Program-made: the position numbers and the translations under genes
Shown here: in pieces, positions 10,550 to 23,094 of the stretch
Layout of the letters: every line of letters begins with the position of its first letter
Position numbering within the stretch: the first letter of the stretch is position 1
The notes under the pieces: model-generated
Told to the model about the DNA's origin: nothing
Seen by the model: the letters and a program-made list of their open reading frames with translations, nothing else
Databases searched by the model: none
Origin: Octopus sinensis
Lineage: Eukaryota
NCBI RefSeq assembly: GCF_006345805.1
Contig: NW_021828102.1
Coordinates: 1-35,532, forward strand
DNA: 35,532 nt
Reading direction: 5' to 3'

Positions 10550-10984
10550 TACGTATATATAGATATACATATATATACACATATACATATATATAGATAT
10601 ACATATATACATATATATAATATATATATATACACACACATCCATACGTATATATACATATACATATATATATATACATATACATATATATATACATACA
10701 TATATATACATATATATACACATATATATATACATATACATATATATATACACATATATATACATATACATATATACATATGTACACACATATATATACA
10801 CACATATATATATATATATACATATACACATATACATACATACACATACATATATATATACACATATATATATACATATACATATATACATATGTACACA
10901 CATATATATATACACACACATATATATATACATACATACACATACATATACATACATACACATACATATAAATATATATATATA
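10495..10984. repeat. (AT)n/(ATAC)n microsatellite
   Basis: Direct; explains the poly-IY ORFs. Confidence 0.97.
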
Positions 10985-11323
10985 GGCGCATGGCGCATGG
11001 CTCAGTGGTTAGAGCGTCGAGCTTACGATCGTGAGGTTGTGAGCTCGAATCCCGGACCGGGCTGCGTGTTGTGTTCTTGAGCAAGGCACTTTATTTCACG
11101 TTGCTCCGGTTCACTCAGCTGTAGAAATGAGTTGCGACGTCACTGGTACCAAGCTGTATCGACCTTTGTCTTTCCCTTGGATAACACAGGTGGCGTGGAG
11201 AGGGGAGGCCGGTATGCATGGGCGACTGCTGGTCTTCCATAAACAACCTTGCCCGGACTTGTGTCTAGGAGGGTAACTTTCTAGGTGCAATCCCATGGTC
11301 ATTCATGACCGAAGGGGGTCTTT
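10985..11323 (+). mobile_element. tRNA-derived SINE (family D)
   Basis: A-box TGGCTCAGTGG, B-box-like GCTCGAATCCC, body GTGTTCTTGAGCAAGGCACTTT...CACTCAGCTGTAGAAATGAGT typical of conserved-domain SINEs; first 7 nt (GGCGCAT) duplicated; embedded in (AT)n. Confidence 0.85.
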
Positions 11324-11622
11324 ATATATATATATATATATATATATAATAATATATATATATGTATGTATGTATATACGCGCACACACGTGTGTGTGTG
11401 TAAGACGACGTGAAAATTTGTAACATTAGCTGCGGGATTCGAACGGGTTTACCGTTAACCGTACAGCAATGCGATATCATGTGTTTGTGAATGGATGGAT
11501 AGATAGATAGACAAACAGACAGACAAACAGGTAGATAAACAATAGTTGAAAATATATCATTATATATACCCACGCAATAACGTTAACACTCAGTTATATA
11601 TATATATTATATAATATATATA

Positions 11623-11841
11623 TTCAAAATGTGACCGCGTGTGTACCGTTGGCGATTCTTTTTTCCTCCGTCTTCTCTTCTTTGGATCTTTGGATTTTTC
11701 CTTTTCCTATGTTTCTGACAAAGAGCTCCGCTCGAAACGTTAAACCCTCCTTCTTCCCTTCCTTCCTGAGCGTCCAATAATACTATACTTGTTCCACGTC
11801 CTCGCGTTGTTGTGTTTTCTCTTTGTGTTTTCATGTTTGGA

Positions 11842-11846
<5 letters not shown>
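11623..11846 (+). mobile_element. About 220-bp dispersed repeat carrying a minimal hammerhead-like motif (Penelope terminal-repeat-like)
   Basis: Highly similar copy at 26445-26654, diverged copy on - strand at about 19200-19376; the two + copies are flanked by (AT)n. Confidence 0.8.
11711..11745 (+). ncRNA. Minimal type-I hammerhead-ribozyme-like motif (G8>A in this copy)
   Basis: GTTT-CTGACAA-A-GAGC-TCC-GCTC-GAA-ACGT-T-AAAC: helix I GTTT/AAAC, stem II GAGC/GCTC, palindromic helix III ACGT. Confidence 0.65.
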
Positions 11847-11894
<48 letters not shown>

Positions 11895-11945
11895 AAAAAC
11901 AAGTCAAAAATAGAAAATGCTAAGATAATTTTATAGTGAATCTTT

Positions 11946-11983
11946 CAGTACCGGTTTCTGTCATTTTGAGACCCTTTCAACTG
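11946..11983 (-). ncRNA. Degenerate minimal hammerhead-like motif, U3-A8 type
   Basis: Reverse complement CAG-TTGAAAG-GGTC-TCAAAAT-GACA-GAA-ACCGGT-A-CTG. Confidence 0.45.
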
Positions 11984-12200
11984 TAACGATTAAATAATTA
12001 AATTTAGAAAAATTAGAAGAAAAGTTTTTTTAAAAGAATATTTCTATAGTAGTGTTCAGATATAAGTAGCATTCTGCCTTTCTCTGACTCCCTTGTTTGC
12101 ACTTGTGTGTTCGAGGTCGTTGTGGTTCTTGGTAGGGTAGGTGGAGAATAAGGAGGCTGATGTTCCTTTCCACCCTTATACATATATATATATATATATA

Positions 12201-12376
12201 TACATATATGAGAGGGAATCCACTAAAAGTGAACTCCCTTACGCTAGCCATTAAAAGTTGTTTTCAAGAAAAAATTTAGCACACTATGAACGGTGTGCTA
12301 AATTTTTTATTGAGAACAACTTTTAGTGGCTAGCGTAAGGGAGTTCACTTTTAGTGGATTCCCTCTCATATATGTA
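12201..12376. repeat. Long near-perfect palindrome (arms about 84 bp, 8-nt spacer)
   Basis: GAGAGGGAATCCACTAAAAGTGAACTCCCTTACGCTAGCCA...TTTAGCACAC-TATGAACG-GTGTGCTAAA...TGGCTAGCGTAAGGGAGTTCACTTTTAGTGGATTCCCTCTC. Confidence 0.95.
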
Positions 12377-12473
12377 TAAATAATATTTACTGAACCTCAG
12401 TTTTTTATGCGCTAAACCATTGGTGTTAAACTGATATTATTAAATTAATATTCAATTTTTCACCCCCATTTGA

Positions 12474-12509
12474 TATATATATATATTATATATATATAAT
12501 ATATATATA

Positions 12510-12549
<40 letters not shown>

Positions 12550-12563
12550 ATATATATATATAT

Positions 12564-12605
<42 letters not shown>

Positions 12606-12627
12606 TTATATATATATATATATATAA

Positions 12628-12703
<76 letters not shown>
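12474..12703. repeat. (AT)n microsatellite
   Basis: Direct. Confidence 0.97.
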
Positions 12704-12704
<1 letters not shown>

Positions 12705-14039
12705 TCTGTTCAGAAATAAATCCATCTCTCTCTTTTCTTCTGTTGAACATTTTTCGGTTTTTCACTGTTATTCCGTTTCCTAATTTACACCCATAATGAT
12801 TATTGGTCTCTAGCAGCTTCAAGGTAGATATGCTTCATTGATTAGCAGCAGTAAATATTGCAACTAATTGCCGTGCATGAAGTACTTCTGTAAAATAAAC
12901 TTGGGGTTTTGTTTCGTCTGATTGAATGGCGTGAATAACTTGTATCCATAACATTCTAGAATGGAAGGAAGCGCTTATGTTTCCTTTGGCTCATATAAAA
13001 TGCTTGCTTAATGTTTTCCTTTACCGAATCCTTTAGTATGCAAATACATTTCTGATGCTGCCTCGCAAGATGAAAGGATCATCGCCGTCACTAAAAGACC
13101 GAATATATTTTTACTTTATTTTCATAAAACCGTTCGATGCAAATATTGGGTTTCTAAGTGTTGGAAACGAGGCTATAAACTGTTTATTTCCCGCCCACCC
13201 TTCCTCGTTTCATATAAATTTGTTCCGTAGCAAATATGTCACTCCTACACGTATTTAACAATTACCCAATACATTTGAAGCAGAAGACTAATTTTTACGA
13301 GTTTCTTCCGATTGTTGCGAATCTACATTCATCTTGTAAAACGGTAATAACACTAAAACTGCTAATTTAACAAAACTATCGATATTAACAGCTCGTCCTA
13401 GGCAGATTATAAGCTCTGTATTTATAGTCAGTTCATTGTGACCTTGGCTCAGAATAAACCAAGCTAAAAGGAAATGCTACCTTCGTTTAAATCTCGGCTT
13501 CATATTTTCGGAAAACAGTTGTCTCTGTGCAAATGATACAGTAGCTTTATACGAAACCGATCGAATATAAAATGATATTATTTGGATTAATTGGATTTGA
13601 AGTGCGTAGGAGGAGAAAGTTTCTCACATTGGTTGTGTTTCTATAGCCATATTTGACATAGTTAGAAAGCAAGATGGCGGTGAGCTGCGTTCGACAGTAA
13701 ATCAACACAGTGGGAAGAGGTGTCTGAAATACAAATCAGAGATTAACTGCATTAAATTTTGTAAACATTCTAACATTTCTCTGTGGAATATTCCACAGAG
13801 ACAAATCATAAATAATGGTAAAGATACATTATTTTTTTTTCAATTCTCTTAACCGAAGTATATTTAATGGAATATTAATCTACTGTGGATGTGGACAGAG
13901 CAACAAACAGAATGTTTGATATAAAGAACAAGCCGGGCGTTGCGGGCTGAACTTGTGCCAGAATGTTAGACTATTTCTCTTCCAAATTTGATGGCGGCGG
14001 CGGTGGCAGCGATGGTGGTGGTGATGATGGTGGTGTTGG

Positions 14040-14215
14040 ATCTTCTTCGTTCGACGAAGAATATCAATTGTTCGATCAACTAAATTACCTGCTCCTGAAT
14101 TAACGTATAAGTGGCCGAGTATTTCGCAGACCTTTGTACTCTTAACGTAATTCTTAAACAGAATCATTGTGACACAGTATGCGACAAGGGCGGATCCCTT
14201 TCAATTTTAGGTACA
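14040..14215 (-). mobile_element. Diverged 3' fragment of the SINE type at 21833-22219
   Basis: Reverse complement aligns by eye with 22030-22200 (TGTACCT...AAAGGG...TGTGTCAC; GCCACTT..ACGTTAATT..GAGCAGG). Confidence 0.7.
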
Positions 14216-14319
14216 ATCCAAGCACGGGCTTCTATGCAGTTTCTACGAACCCAATTCATGGTGTGGCTCGACCCGAGAGCCATAGAAAATGATATTTTAT
14301 AAACACTTACCATTATGAA

Positions 14320-14695
14320 AAAAAACCGCCTAAATCAATAAAAAATATATTTACAGAGGCAAAAGTATTTACAGTAATAACAGAACCAACCGTAAGAAAT
14401 GTGGCCTATCCAACAATGGAATGTGTGGAAATTTGGGAGAAAGATCGGAGATCCTTTTGAAACAAAGGCAACTTCTCGGAGTAAAGAAGTGATTTTACCT
14501 GTGCATCCGAATACCCAATTTATGCATTGACTTATACAGGTTGTGAAGAAGAGTATATAGAGTAAACCGGGATGCTTTTAAGACAAAGGATGACTCTACA
14601 TAGACATGAAAATCCAACGGAAAGGGACCTCAGTGAATACATGGACACATGTGCGGGTAAGAAACACCTTAATTTACAGTCTTCCTTTGTATCAA
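14320..14695 (+). mobile_element. Penelope-like retroelement remnant: GIY-YIG endonuclease and preceding Cys-rich linker
   Basis: PPKSIKNIFTEAKV.../KCGLSNNGMCGNL.../DFTCASEYPIYALTYTGCEEEYIE*TGMLLRQRMTLHR...LSEYMDTCA, matching the PLE pattern TC.S.N.IY.I.C..C...YIG.T...LR.R...HR; stop and frameshifts present. Confidence 0.85.
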
Positions 14696-14789
14696 TTTGT
14701 CTCCAACACCCCCTAACAGCAAAGCATCATTTAAGAAATTACATTCATAGCGAAATACCAGCCACTTCTCCACAACTATGGGAAGCATA

Positions 14790-14816
14790 AGATACTACTA
14801 CTGCTGCAACTGCCAA

Positions 14817-14869
<53 letters not shown>

Positions 14870-14871
14870 TC

Positions 14872-14903
<32 letters not shown>

Positions 14904-14972
14904 CAGTATCGCCAGTGCTGTTGCTGAATGAGGGGAGCAGACTGATACTTCTACACCTCGTCACAATCATTT

Positions 14973-15020
<48 letters not shown>

Positions 15021-15126
15021 TACTACTACTACTACTACGGCCAGTATCGCCAGTGCTGTTGCTGAACGAGGGGAGCAGACTGATACTTCTACACCTAGAG
15101 TCACAATCGTTTCTTCTTCTTCTTCT

Positions 15127-15166
<40 letters not shown>

Positions 15167-15230
15167 GATGCTGTTGTGGCTGATGCAGTCACTTCTACTA
15201 GCATCACAACTACCACGACTACTACACTAC
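14790..15230. repeat. (CTA)n array containing a duplicated unique unit of about 72 bp
   Basis: GCCAGTATCGCCAGTGCTGTTGCTGAAYGAGGGGAGCAGACTGATACTTCTACACCT at 14902 and 15040. Confidence 0.92.
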
Positions 15231-15737
15231 CATTGTGGCAACAAATTCTGTCACCTCCAATATATAATTACTCATACCAGTGATTAATATCAGTGCTGCC
15301 AACAAAGCACAATAGACCAATCACCACTGCTGCTGCTACGGTTGCCAACTGTTGCCACTGCTATGACCACAGCAGCTATCAAAGAGAGGCCAGCAACGGC
15401 AGATACGTAAATTTCGTAATAAAAATAATCGTGAACTTTCAAAACCGTTATTATCAACGATTAATTTTTTATTTGACTTAATTCATTTCTATTTGCATCA
15501 GTACAGAGTCACTGCAATTGAAACCGGTAGCAGCTTTTGATGAAACGTAATAGCTTTTCCATTTTTTATATATAATAAAGACTTCAAAGTATTTTTCCAT
15601 TTGTTTTTAATATGTCGATGTGTATGTATTCGCGTATATACACGCACACACATACATAGACGGACACACACAGACACGCACGTAGGTGTAGCGTTTATAA
15701 CTGTGTTGGATTTTGTGTGATGTCTAACTCACCTGCA

Positions 15738-16097
15738 TATATATGTATATATCTGGCACACACATTACACACACACACACACACATGCCTTTAGATAGAT
15801 ACATATATAATACATATATGTATACATATATACATACATACATACATATATATATACATATATATGTATGTATACAAATATGTGTTTATACATTTATATG
15901 TATATCTATATATATAACTGTGTGTGTATGTATATATATATATGCATGCATGTATATATATATCTGTGTATGTATATATATCTATGTAAATATACATATA
16001 TATATATATATATGTATATATACGTATATATATTATATATATGTATATATACGTATATATATATATGTATATATACTATATATACATATGTATATAC

Positions 16098-16161
<64 letters not shown>

Positions 16162-16162
16162 A

Positions 16163-16240
<78 letters not shown>

Positions 16241-16316
16241 TGTATATATATATATATATTATATATATATATATATGTATGTATATACACATATATATAT
16301 ACGTATATATATGTAT
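15738..16316. repeat. (AT)n/(ATAC)n microsatellite
   Basis: Direct. Confidence 0.97.
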
Positions 16317-17017
16317 AATGTGTGGTAAGTTACTTTGAAATACATACTTATGAATAGCATGCATATTTTCATTGATGCATTAAACAGGCAGATATTTTTT
16401 TATGAATGCATGCAAACATGTGTACCGCTCGCAATAATAGTCACATTTGGTGCGAAGAAAAAAATATAATCTAGATTATATCTATGAAAAATCTAAAATA
16501 TATAAATAAACGAAAACAAGCATCAGTGTTTGTTTTGCACAAGAAGGCAGCTCATATAGTAGAACTGTTTTAAATGGTGAAAGCTATTATTATTATAACA
16601 GAGAACCCCAGCGCTTCCACATTCTCAAAACGAACTTTGGTAAATTTCGAAAGCGTCGTGTATCATCTCTCATCTTCTCTCCGCTCCTACCATTGCCATT
16701 ACCAGTAAGATACCTTAACGACAATAAATAAATAAATGAATAAAAAATAAAGAGAGAAAAAAGAAAGAAAAACTGAAGGTATTTTGGTATTTTGAGCCGG
16801 TTAACCCTTTTCCACAATGAGGAGTGCCTTTGACCCGAGTTATTAATTCTAAACTAAACTACGTTTCGTTTTTTGGATTTGGTTTGCAAGATTCTTTATG
16901 TGAGTTCGTGTGTTGAAGCATATTCTGTTGTGTCTGGGGAGAGTCATTTTCTTTTGGTGCCTTATTATTTAACGCACTCACCGGTAAAATTTCCACTTAT
17001 TTCTTATTTTTATTTTC

Positions 17018-17054
17018 CTAAAATTTTCGTTGCGTCTTGCAACCTTTTCAATAG
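17018..17054 (-). ncRNA. Minimal hammerhead-like motif with U3-A8 core
   Basis: Reverse complement CTA-TTGAAAA-G-GTTGC-AAGAC-GCAAC-GAA-AATT-T-TAG: perfect 5-bp stem II, palindromic AATT helix III, helix I CTA/TAG. Confidence 0.5.
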
Positions 17055-17159
17055 TCAATGTTGTGCCCGGAAAGATTAAAGTTTCGAATCATAACGTAAG
17101 ATGTCTTAACTCGCCGTAACAATCAGTGCGTTTGAAAAAGGACACAAAAAAGTCAGTTA

Positions 17160-17205
17160 ATAACAACTACTACTACTACTACTACTACTGCTACTGCTAC
17201 TACTA

Positions 17206-17240
<35 letters not shown>

Positions 17241-17736
17241 ACTACTACTACTACTACTACTGCGATGACGACGACGATCACCACCACCATTACTACAACT
17301 AGCACCACTGTTAAGAATACTGCCACCACTACTACAACTACTATCACCACAAGCACTAAAACCACCACCATCCCCCACCACTACTACCATTTCTACTACG
17401 GCCACCACCACTACTGCTACCGGTACCACTACTATCTCCACCACTACTGCTACATTTACCACCACCACAACTACTACTAATACTGCTACTACTATTGCCA
17501 CCACTACTACTACTGCTACTACTACCTGCACCATTACCACAACTATCACCACCGCAGCTACCACTACTACAACAACTACTACTACCACTACCACTACCAC
17601 TGCCACTATTAATGCTACTACTACTACCACTTCTTCTTCTACAACTACTACTACTACTACTACCACTACTACTACTACAACCACTACTACTGCTGCTACT
17701 ACTACCACCACTACTACCACTACTATCATCACCACG

Positions 17737-17785
<49 letters not shown>

Positions 17786-17790
17786 TTGCT
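17160..17790. repeat. (CTA/CCA/CTG)n degenerate trinucleotide array
   Basis: Direct; explains the poly-V/S/T/L ORFs. Confidence 0.95.
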
Positions 17791-18459
17791 ATTGTCGTCT
17801 AATTTTTTGCATTTTTGTAATTTTTTTTGTTTGAAACGAGGCTGCAAAAGCAATACTAACTTGAGACACATCAGCAGCTGCTGGTTTCAATAACAGTGAA
17901 AATATATAATAGATATATAAATACATAATAGATGTATAGGCGGTTGTCATGTATAATAAGAAAACCGTGCGGCAACGCAATCCCCCCAAAAAAACAAAAA
18001 AAAACAACAACAAAAGGCAAGAAAGAAAATAAGCAAAAAAAAAAATGATAAGCAGTTGATAGCAAATATCTTCAAATACTTTCACCTGTATTATACCCTT
18101 GTCAAAATACCAGTGAGATACAGTAGCGTATTATATATAATTATAGAGCTAAGATTACTTTATGAATATAGACTTTCACTTGATGAGAAGAGAGCGTCTG
18201 TGGAGCAATCATTATGAAGACCTATTCATTAAGAATAATTAGAATACAAAGATGTTGGTATGTACAGGCGTCTTGTATAGCAGCATCAGAGTCTCTGATA
18301 CAAAGAAGGAAGAAGAAGGAAAAAAATGGTAAAAATGAAGCTTCTTGTGTTGGCTTGGAACGTTCGACTATGAACATCAACATTTCAGTATATGTATCTT
18401 TGGTAGTTCCATATTTAATATAATTCTTAATGGAACCGAAAGTAATTTTCACGAAGACG

Positions 18460-18962
<503 letters not shown>

Positions 18963-19199
18963 GTAGGTGGCTTATTAATTTATAAACGTCACTAAAGTGA
19001 CAAGGGCATAAAGTAGTACCAGCATTGCTAGAAATCAACTAATTATGAAGTGAAACAATTATCAGAAAAGGCATTTCTATTCATTTTTTTCAAATATATA
19101 ATACTGTACCAAGGACTTTCTACTTTTTCTTCTGCTCTCTCTCTCTGTTCCACTTTTCCGCTCCTTCATCAAATAAATGGCTCTTATTAGGTTGATGCT

Positions 19200-19376
19200 A
19201 AAAAAAATAGAAGAGAAATGTTAAGGAGCAAAAGTTATAGAATAAAAGTCTGACGTTTCGGATATGGTCTTTCATCGGATGCTAGAGCAAAGTCCAGTCA
19301 AATAAACGGAACAGAAGAAGAAAACAAAAAAGAAACAGAGATAAAACCCCGCAAAGTCGCACGAGGGTTACATTCA
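19200..19376 (-). mobile_element. Diverged relative of the 11623/26445 repeat with decayed hammerhead motif (19248-19282)
   Basis: Reverse complement AATGTAACCCTCGTGCGACTTTGCG... and CCGATGA-AAGACCATATCC-GAA-ACGT-C-AGAC. Confidence 0.55.
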
Positions 19377-19770
19377 TGCACACACATACATACATAGGAA
19401 CCAATATTATTTAGCATACAGAATACAGAAAACATGTAATCATATGAGTACAGGCGAGAATTTCATATTAGTTTCATACCTGAAATCACTGTAAAATTAT
19501 GACAAATGTTACAGACTGGGAAATCAGACAGAAAAAAGTATTTAAGTCAACCTTGTGAAGAACCGTCACCGTTGAAGCACAGGTGCTATTGTTGCATGGA
19601 AAAGCTTCGTTTTATTCCAAATCACAAATGTCATCCATCATATCTGACCTTTCCCTTGTGATTTTAAAGAAGGCTCGTTCGTTAGTTAAAAGTTCTTTTT
19701 TTTTATTATTGTATTTCAATAATAGAATAGTTTCACTTCCATCGAAACTGTAAGAAAGTTCGACGTAGAC

Positions 19771-19771
<1 letters not shown>

Positions 19772-19824
<53 letters not shown>

Positions 19825-20010
19825 TTATGTTTGTGTGTGTGTGTGTATGTTTGTGTGTGTGTGTTTGTGTGTGTGTGTATCTTTGTGTGTGTGTGTGTTT
19901 ATGTTTGTGTGTGTGTATGTTTGTGTGTGTGTGTGTGTGTATTTTTGTGTGTGTGTGTGTGTGTTTATGTTTGTGTGTGTGTGTGTGTGTGTGTATGTGT
20001 GTGTTTATGT
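19772..20010. repeat. (TG)n microsatellite
   Basis: Direct. Confidence 0.97.
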
Positions 20011-20687
20011 CTCATTGTGAGAACTACAGAACCTGGGGAATAGTATTTTCACTCCTATTTGAAACTCGTTCATCTCCTTTTCACTCAGAGTAAAATGAAA
20101 ATGTGATACATACACACACTCATGCACACACATACAATATATAATATACACACAATGTACATACATGCATGCATGCACACATATATGTATATACGTGAAT
20201 AATATACAAATGTGTGTGTATGTATTTATCAACATGTATGTACATAGTATAATATGCATGTACCTTTCTATATATATATATATAATTATTTGAGGGAATA
20301 TATTTCCTAACTTACTGGGAAAAATTCAATTTAGAAATACTAAATCAAATCTCACAAAATATAACATATATATATAACAATTAGAAAAAAACACCTTTTA
20401 TCAATTCAATATTATTGTTATTTTGGTTTTAATATTTCTATTATATGTAATTTTCTAGATGGTGTAATTTAATTGTTCATTTTGAATTTATAAAAGGTGA
20501 TTTTTTTTCTAATTTATATATATATATATCTTTCTGTCTACCTATACTTACACACATACACACATACATACGTAAATACATACATTCGAAGACTACAGAT
20601 CCAATCCATCAATGGAATTGTTAAAATCTGTAAAACTTTCCAGAAGTTTACCATTTAGATATATATGACCATGTCTAGATATGCAAC

Positions 20688-20774
20688 TCAGAATTTGAAC
20701 TCAGACCGTAGCGACTGGCGAAATACCGCTAAACATTTCGTCCAGCGTGCTAAGGATTCTGCCAACTGACCGCC

Positions 20775-20833
<59 letters not shown>

Positions 20834-21016
20834 CCCTTCTGTTATAGGCACAAGGCTTGAAATTTTGGGGCTATTCGATTACATCGACCTCAGTGTTTCA
20901 CTACTTGATTTATTGAGCCCGAAAGGACGAAAGACAAAGTCGACCTCAGCGGAATTTGAACTCAGAACGTAGCGACGGGCGAAATACCGCAAAGCATTTC
21001 TACCTGCTCGCTGCCT
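20688..21016 (-). mobile_element. Two family A SINE pieces separated by (AAT)n
   Basis: GAATTTGAACTCAGA...GCGAAATACCGC at 20691 and 20952; core CAAAGTCGACCTC. Confidence 0.85.
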
Positions 21017-21207
21017 TGATAATGATAATAATAGCAAGACATGTCCATATTCCAATATATGTATGTCTACAATGATGTATGTATATATAATTGCATTTAT
21101 TGATTGATGGGTGTCATATATTTTTCCTATCGACTTAAATTTTTTTCAACCTAGAAACAAGTGTCTGTGTGTAATTATTTCAAGTAAGAATGCAAAGACA
21201 AAAGTAC

Positions 21208-21340
21208 AACCACCACCACCACCACCACCACCACCACCACCACCACCACCACCACCACCACCACCACCACCACCACCACCAACAACAACAACTACTACTA
21301 CTACTACTACTACTACTACAAATACGGCAACAACAACAAC
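21208..21340. repeat. (CCA)n(AAC)n(CTA)n microsatellite
   Basis: Direct. Confidence 0.97.
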
Positions 21341-21832
21341 AGTATCTTCAACAGTAACTAAAAACAACGTAGAACATTGTAGTTCGGGTTGGAATTACAC
21401 TACACTGCAACAATTAAGTTACCCCTTATAGAAACTAACGGCGCCTGTAATAACTCGTCTGCTCTTTTATAATTTTATTTTTTCTTCTCCAACATACTTC
21501 TTGAGTTGTTTGATCGTGGATCTAATTACAGGTAAGTGAGATAATCAGAAGAATGCAGGTGCAGCAAACCTGGAAAAAAACAAAAGAAGAACCAAAGAAA
21601 TAAAAAAAAACAATATATAAGCAAACGAAAAAGGATATCAGAAGCTGAGAGGAAATATGGTGCAACGAAATAAGGGGCTGGATTTCTAATTAACTCCGCA
21701 GATCGTTAGCATGCGAGAAATAGTTGGTAATTGTAAAAGCAGAGGAAAGGTAATGAAGATGCTACACATAGCTAATAATTAACATGTTCCAGTTTGTTTC
21801 ATTTGTGTAAATAAAGGTCAATATACAGTGGG

Positions 21833-22219
21833 AGGTGGAGGCGCAATGGCCCAGTGTTTAGGGCAGCGGACTCGCGGTCATAGGATCACGGTTTCGATTC
21901 CCAGACCGGGCGTTGTGAGTGTTTATTGAGCGAAAACACCTAAAGCTCCACGAGGGTTCGGCAGAGGATGGTGGTGATCCCTGCTGTACTCTTTCACCAC
22001 AACTTTCTCTCACTCTTACTTCCTGTTTCTGTTGTACCTGTATTTCAAAGGGCCGGCCTTGTCACTCTCTGTGTCACGCTGAATATCCCCGAGAACTACG
22101 TTAAAGGGTATACGTGTCTGTGGAGTGCTCAGCCACTTACACGTTAATTTCACGAGCAGGCTGTTCCGTTGATTCGGATCAACCGGAACCCTCGTCGTCG
22201 TAACCGACGGAGTGCTTCC
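21833..22219 (+). mobile_element. tRNA-Arg-derived SINE (family B, tail type 1; probably Octopus OR1/OR2 type) with 10-bp TSD
   Basis: TGGCCCAGTG A-box, GCGGACTCGCGG anticodon arm (TCG), TTCGATTCCC B-box; TSD ATACAGTGGG at 21823-21832 and 22220-22229. Confidence 0.88.
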
Positions 22220-22580
22220 ATACAGTGGGGGATCATTATATTTCGATACCACTTCAGAAAAACCTTTCTTAAACCTTCTTTATTTTGGGGAAAAAAAAAT
22301 AATATAAAAAATAGTGTATATTACAAATTCGTTATGCGCTCATATTTTGTCATTATGATTATTATTATTATTTATTCATCGTGGAAATAGGTTCTACTTG
22401 TATATTCTGGATTTTCGGTTGCACGGACAAGTAAAATTGCTGCTTCGTAATTTCCTAATTTTATTACTCTGTGAACTGATAGCCGATTCCTTGTGGGAGT
22501 GCTTACTGTGATTTTTGCTAGCTCCTCTAAATCCAATATCCTACCATATATATATAGTGCATGTGTGTTTGTGTGTGTGT

Positions 22581-22624
<44 letters not shown>

Positions 22625-23094
22625 CAAGAATGGTTCTGAAAACGCAGTATACCTGAATGATTATAAAGAGTTGGCTTCGTTACTATGAGATCACTGTCTC
22701 GAGTTCGCAACGGTGTATCGTAGTCACGTGTTGTTTACTATATCCATGGGGTGATTTATTCCTTGTAAGAGAATAAATGGGTAGACGAAAACCGTATAGG
22801 AATCTGTCGGATGGAAAGTACCCGTAATTCAAATGCTCAGCCGAATCAAACACCGTTGTCACACTGATTCTGTCTGAGGTTTACGTCCCTGCGGGGTACT
22901 CAGCCATTTATATTGATTTTTCAGTAAGTCTAGTAGCTTAGTTAATCGAACGATTGACCACTCATTGTAAGACATTTTGACCAAGAGCCATTTATTACTA
23001 TAAGGTGTGGAGGCGCCGAAAGGATGAAAGGCAATGTCGACCCCAGCGGAATTTGAGCTCAGAACGTAAAAATGCTGCTCTTGTTTCAGCCAAT

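Noticed and set aside
10985-11060. Functional tRNA genes at SINE heads (also 21838 and 30783)
   Set aside because: Acceptor and anticodon stems do not close properly and each runs into a SINE body; two have TSDs
10454-11084. Long ORFs rich in IY/CV/HT, and similar ORFs at 1185-2220, 15743-16364, 17153-17893, 27802-28309 and 28740-29453
   Set aside because: Stop-free translations of di-, tri- and tetranucleotide microsatellites, with no protein signal
15494-15535. GAAACCGGTAGCA as another hammerhead 3' half
   Set aside because: No UGA core or stem II upstream
21507-21538. Micro-exon ending at the strong donor CAG|GTAAGT
   Set aside because: The nearest upstream acceptor is an atypical GAG and there is no supporting homology; such donors occur by chance
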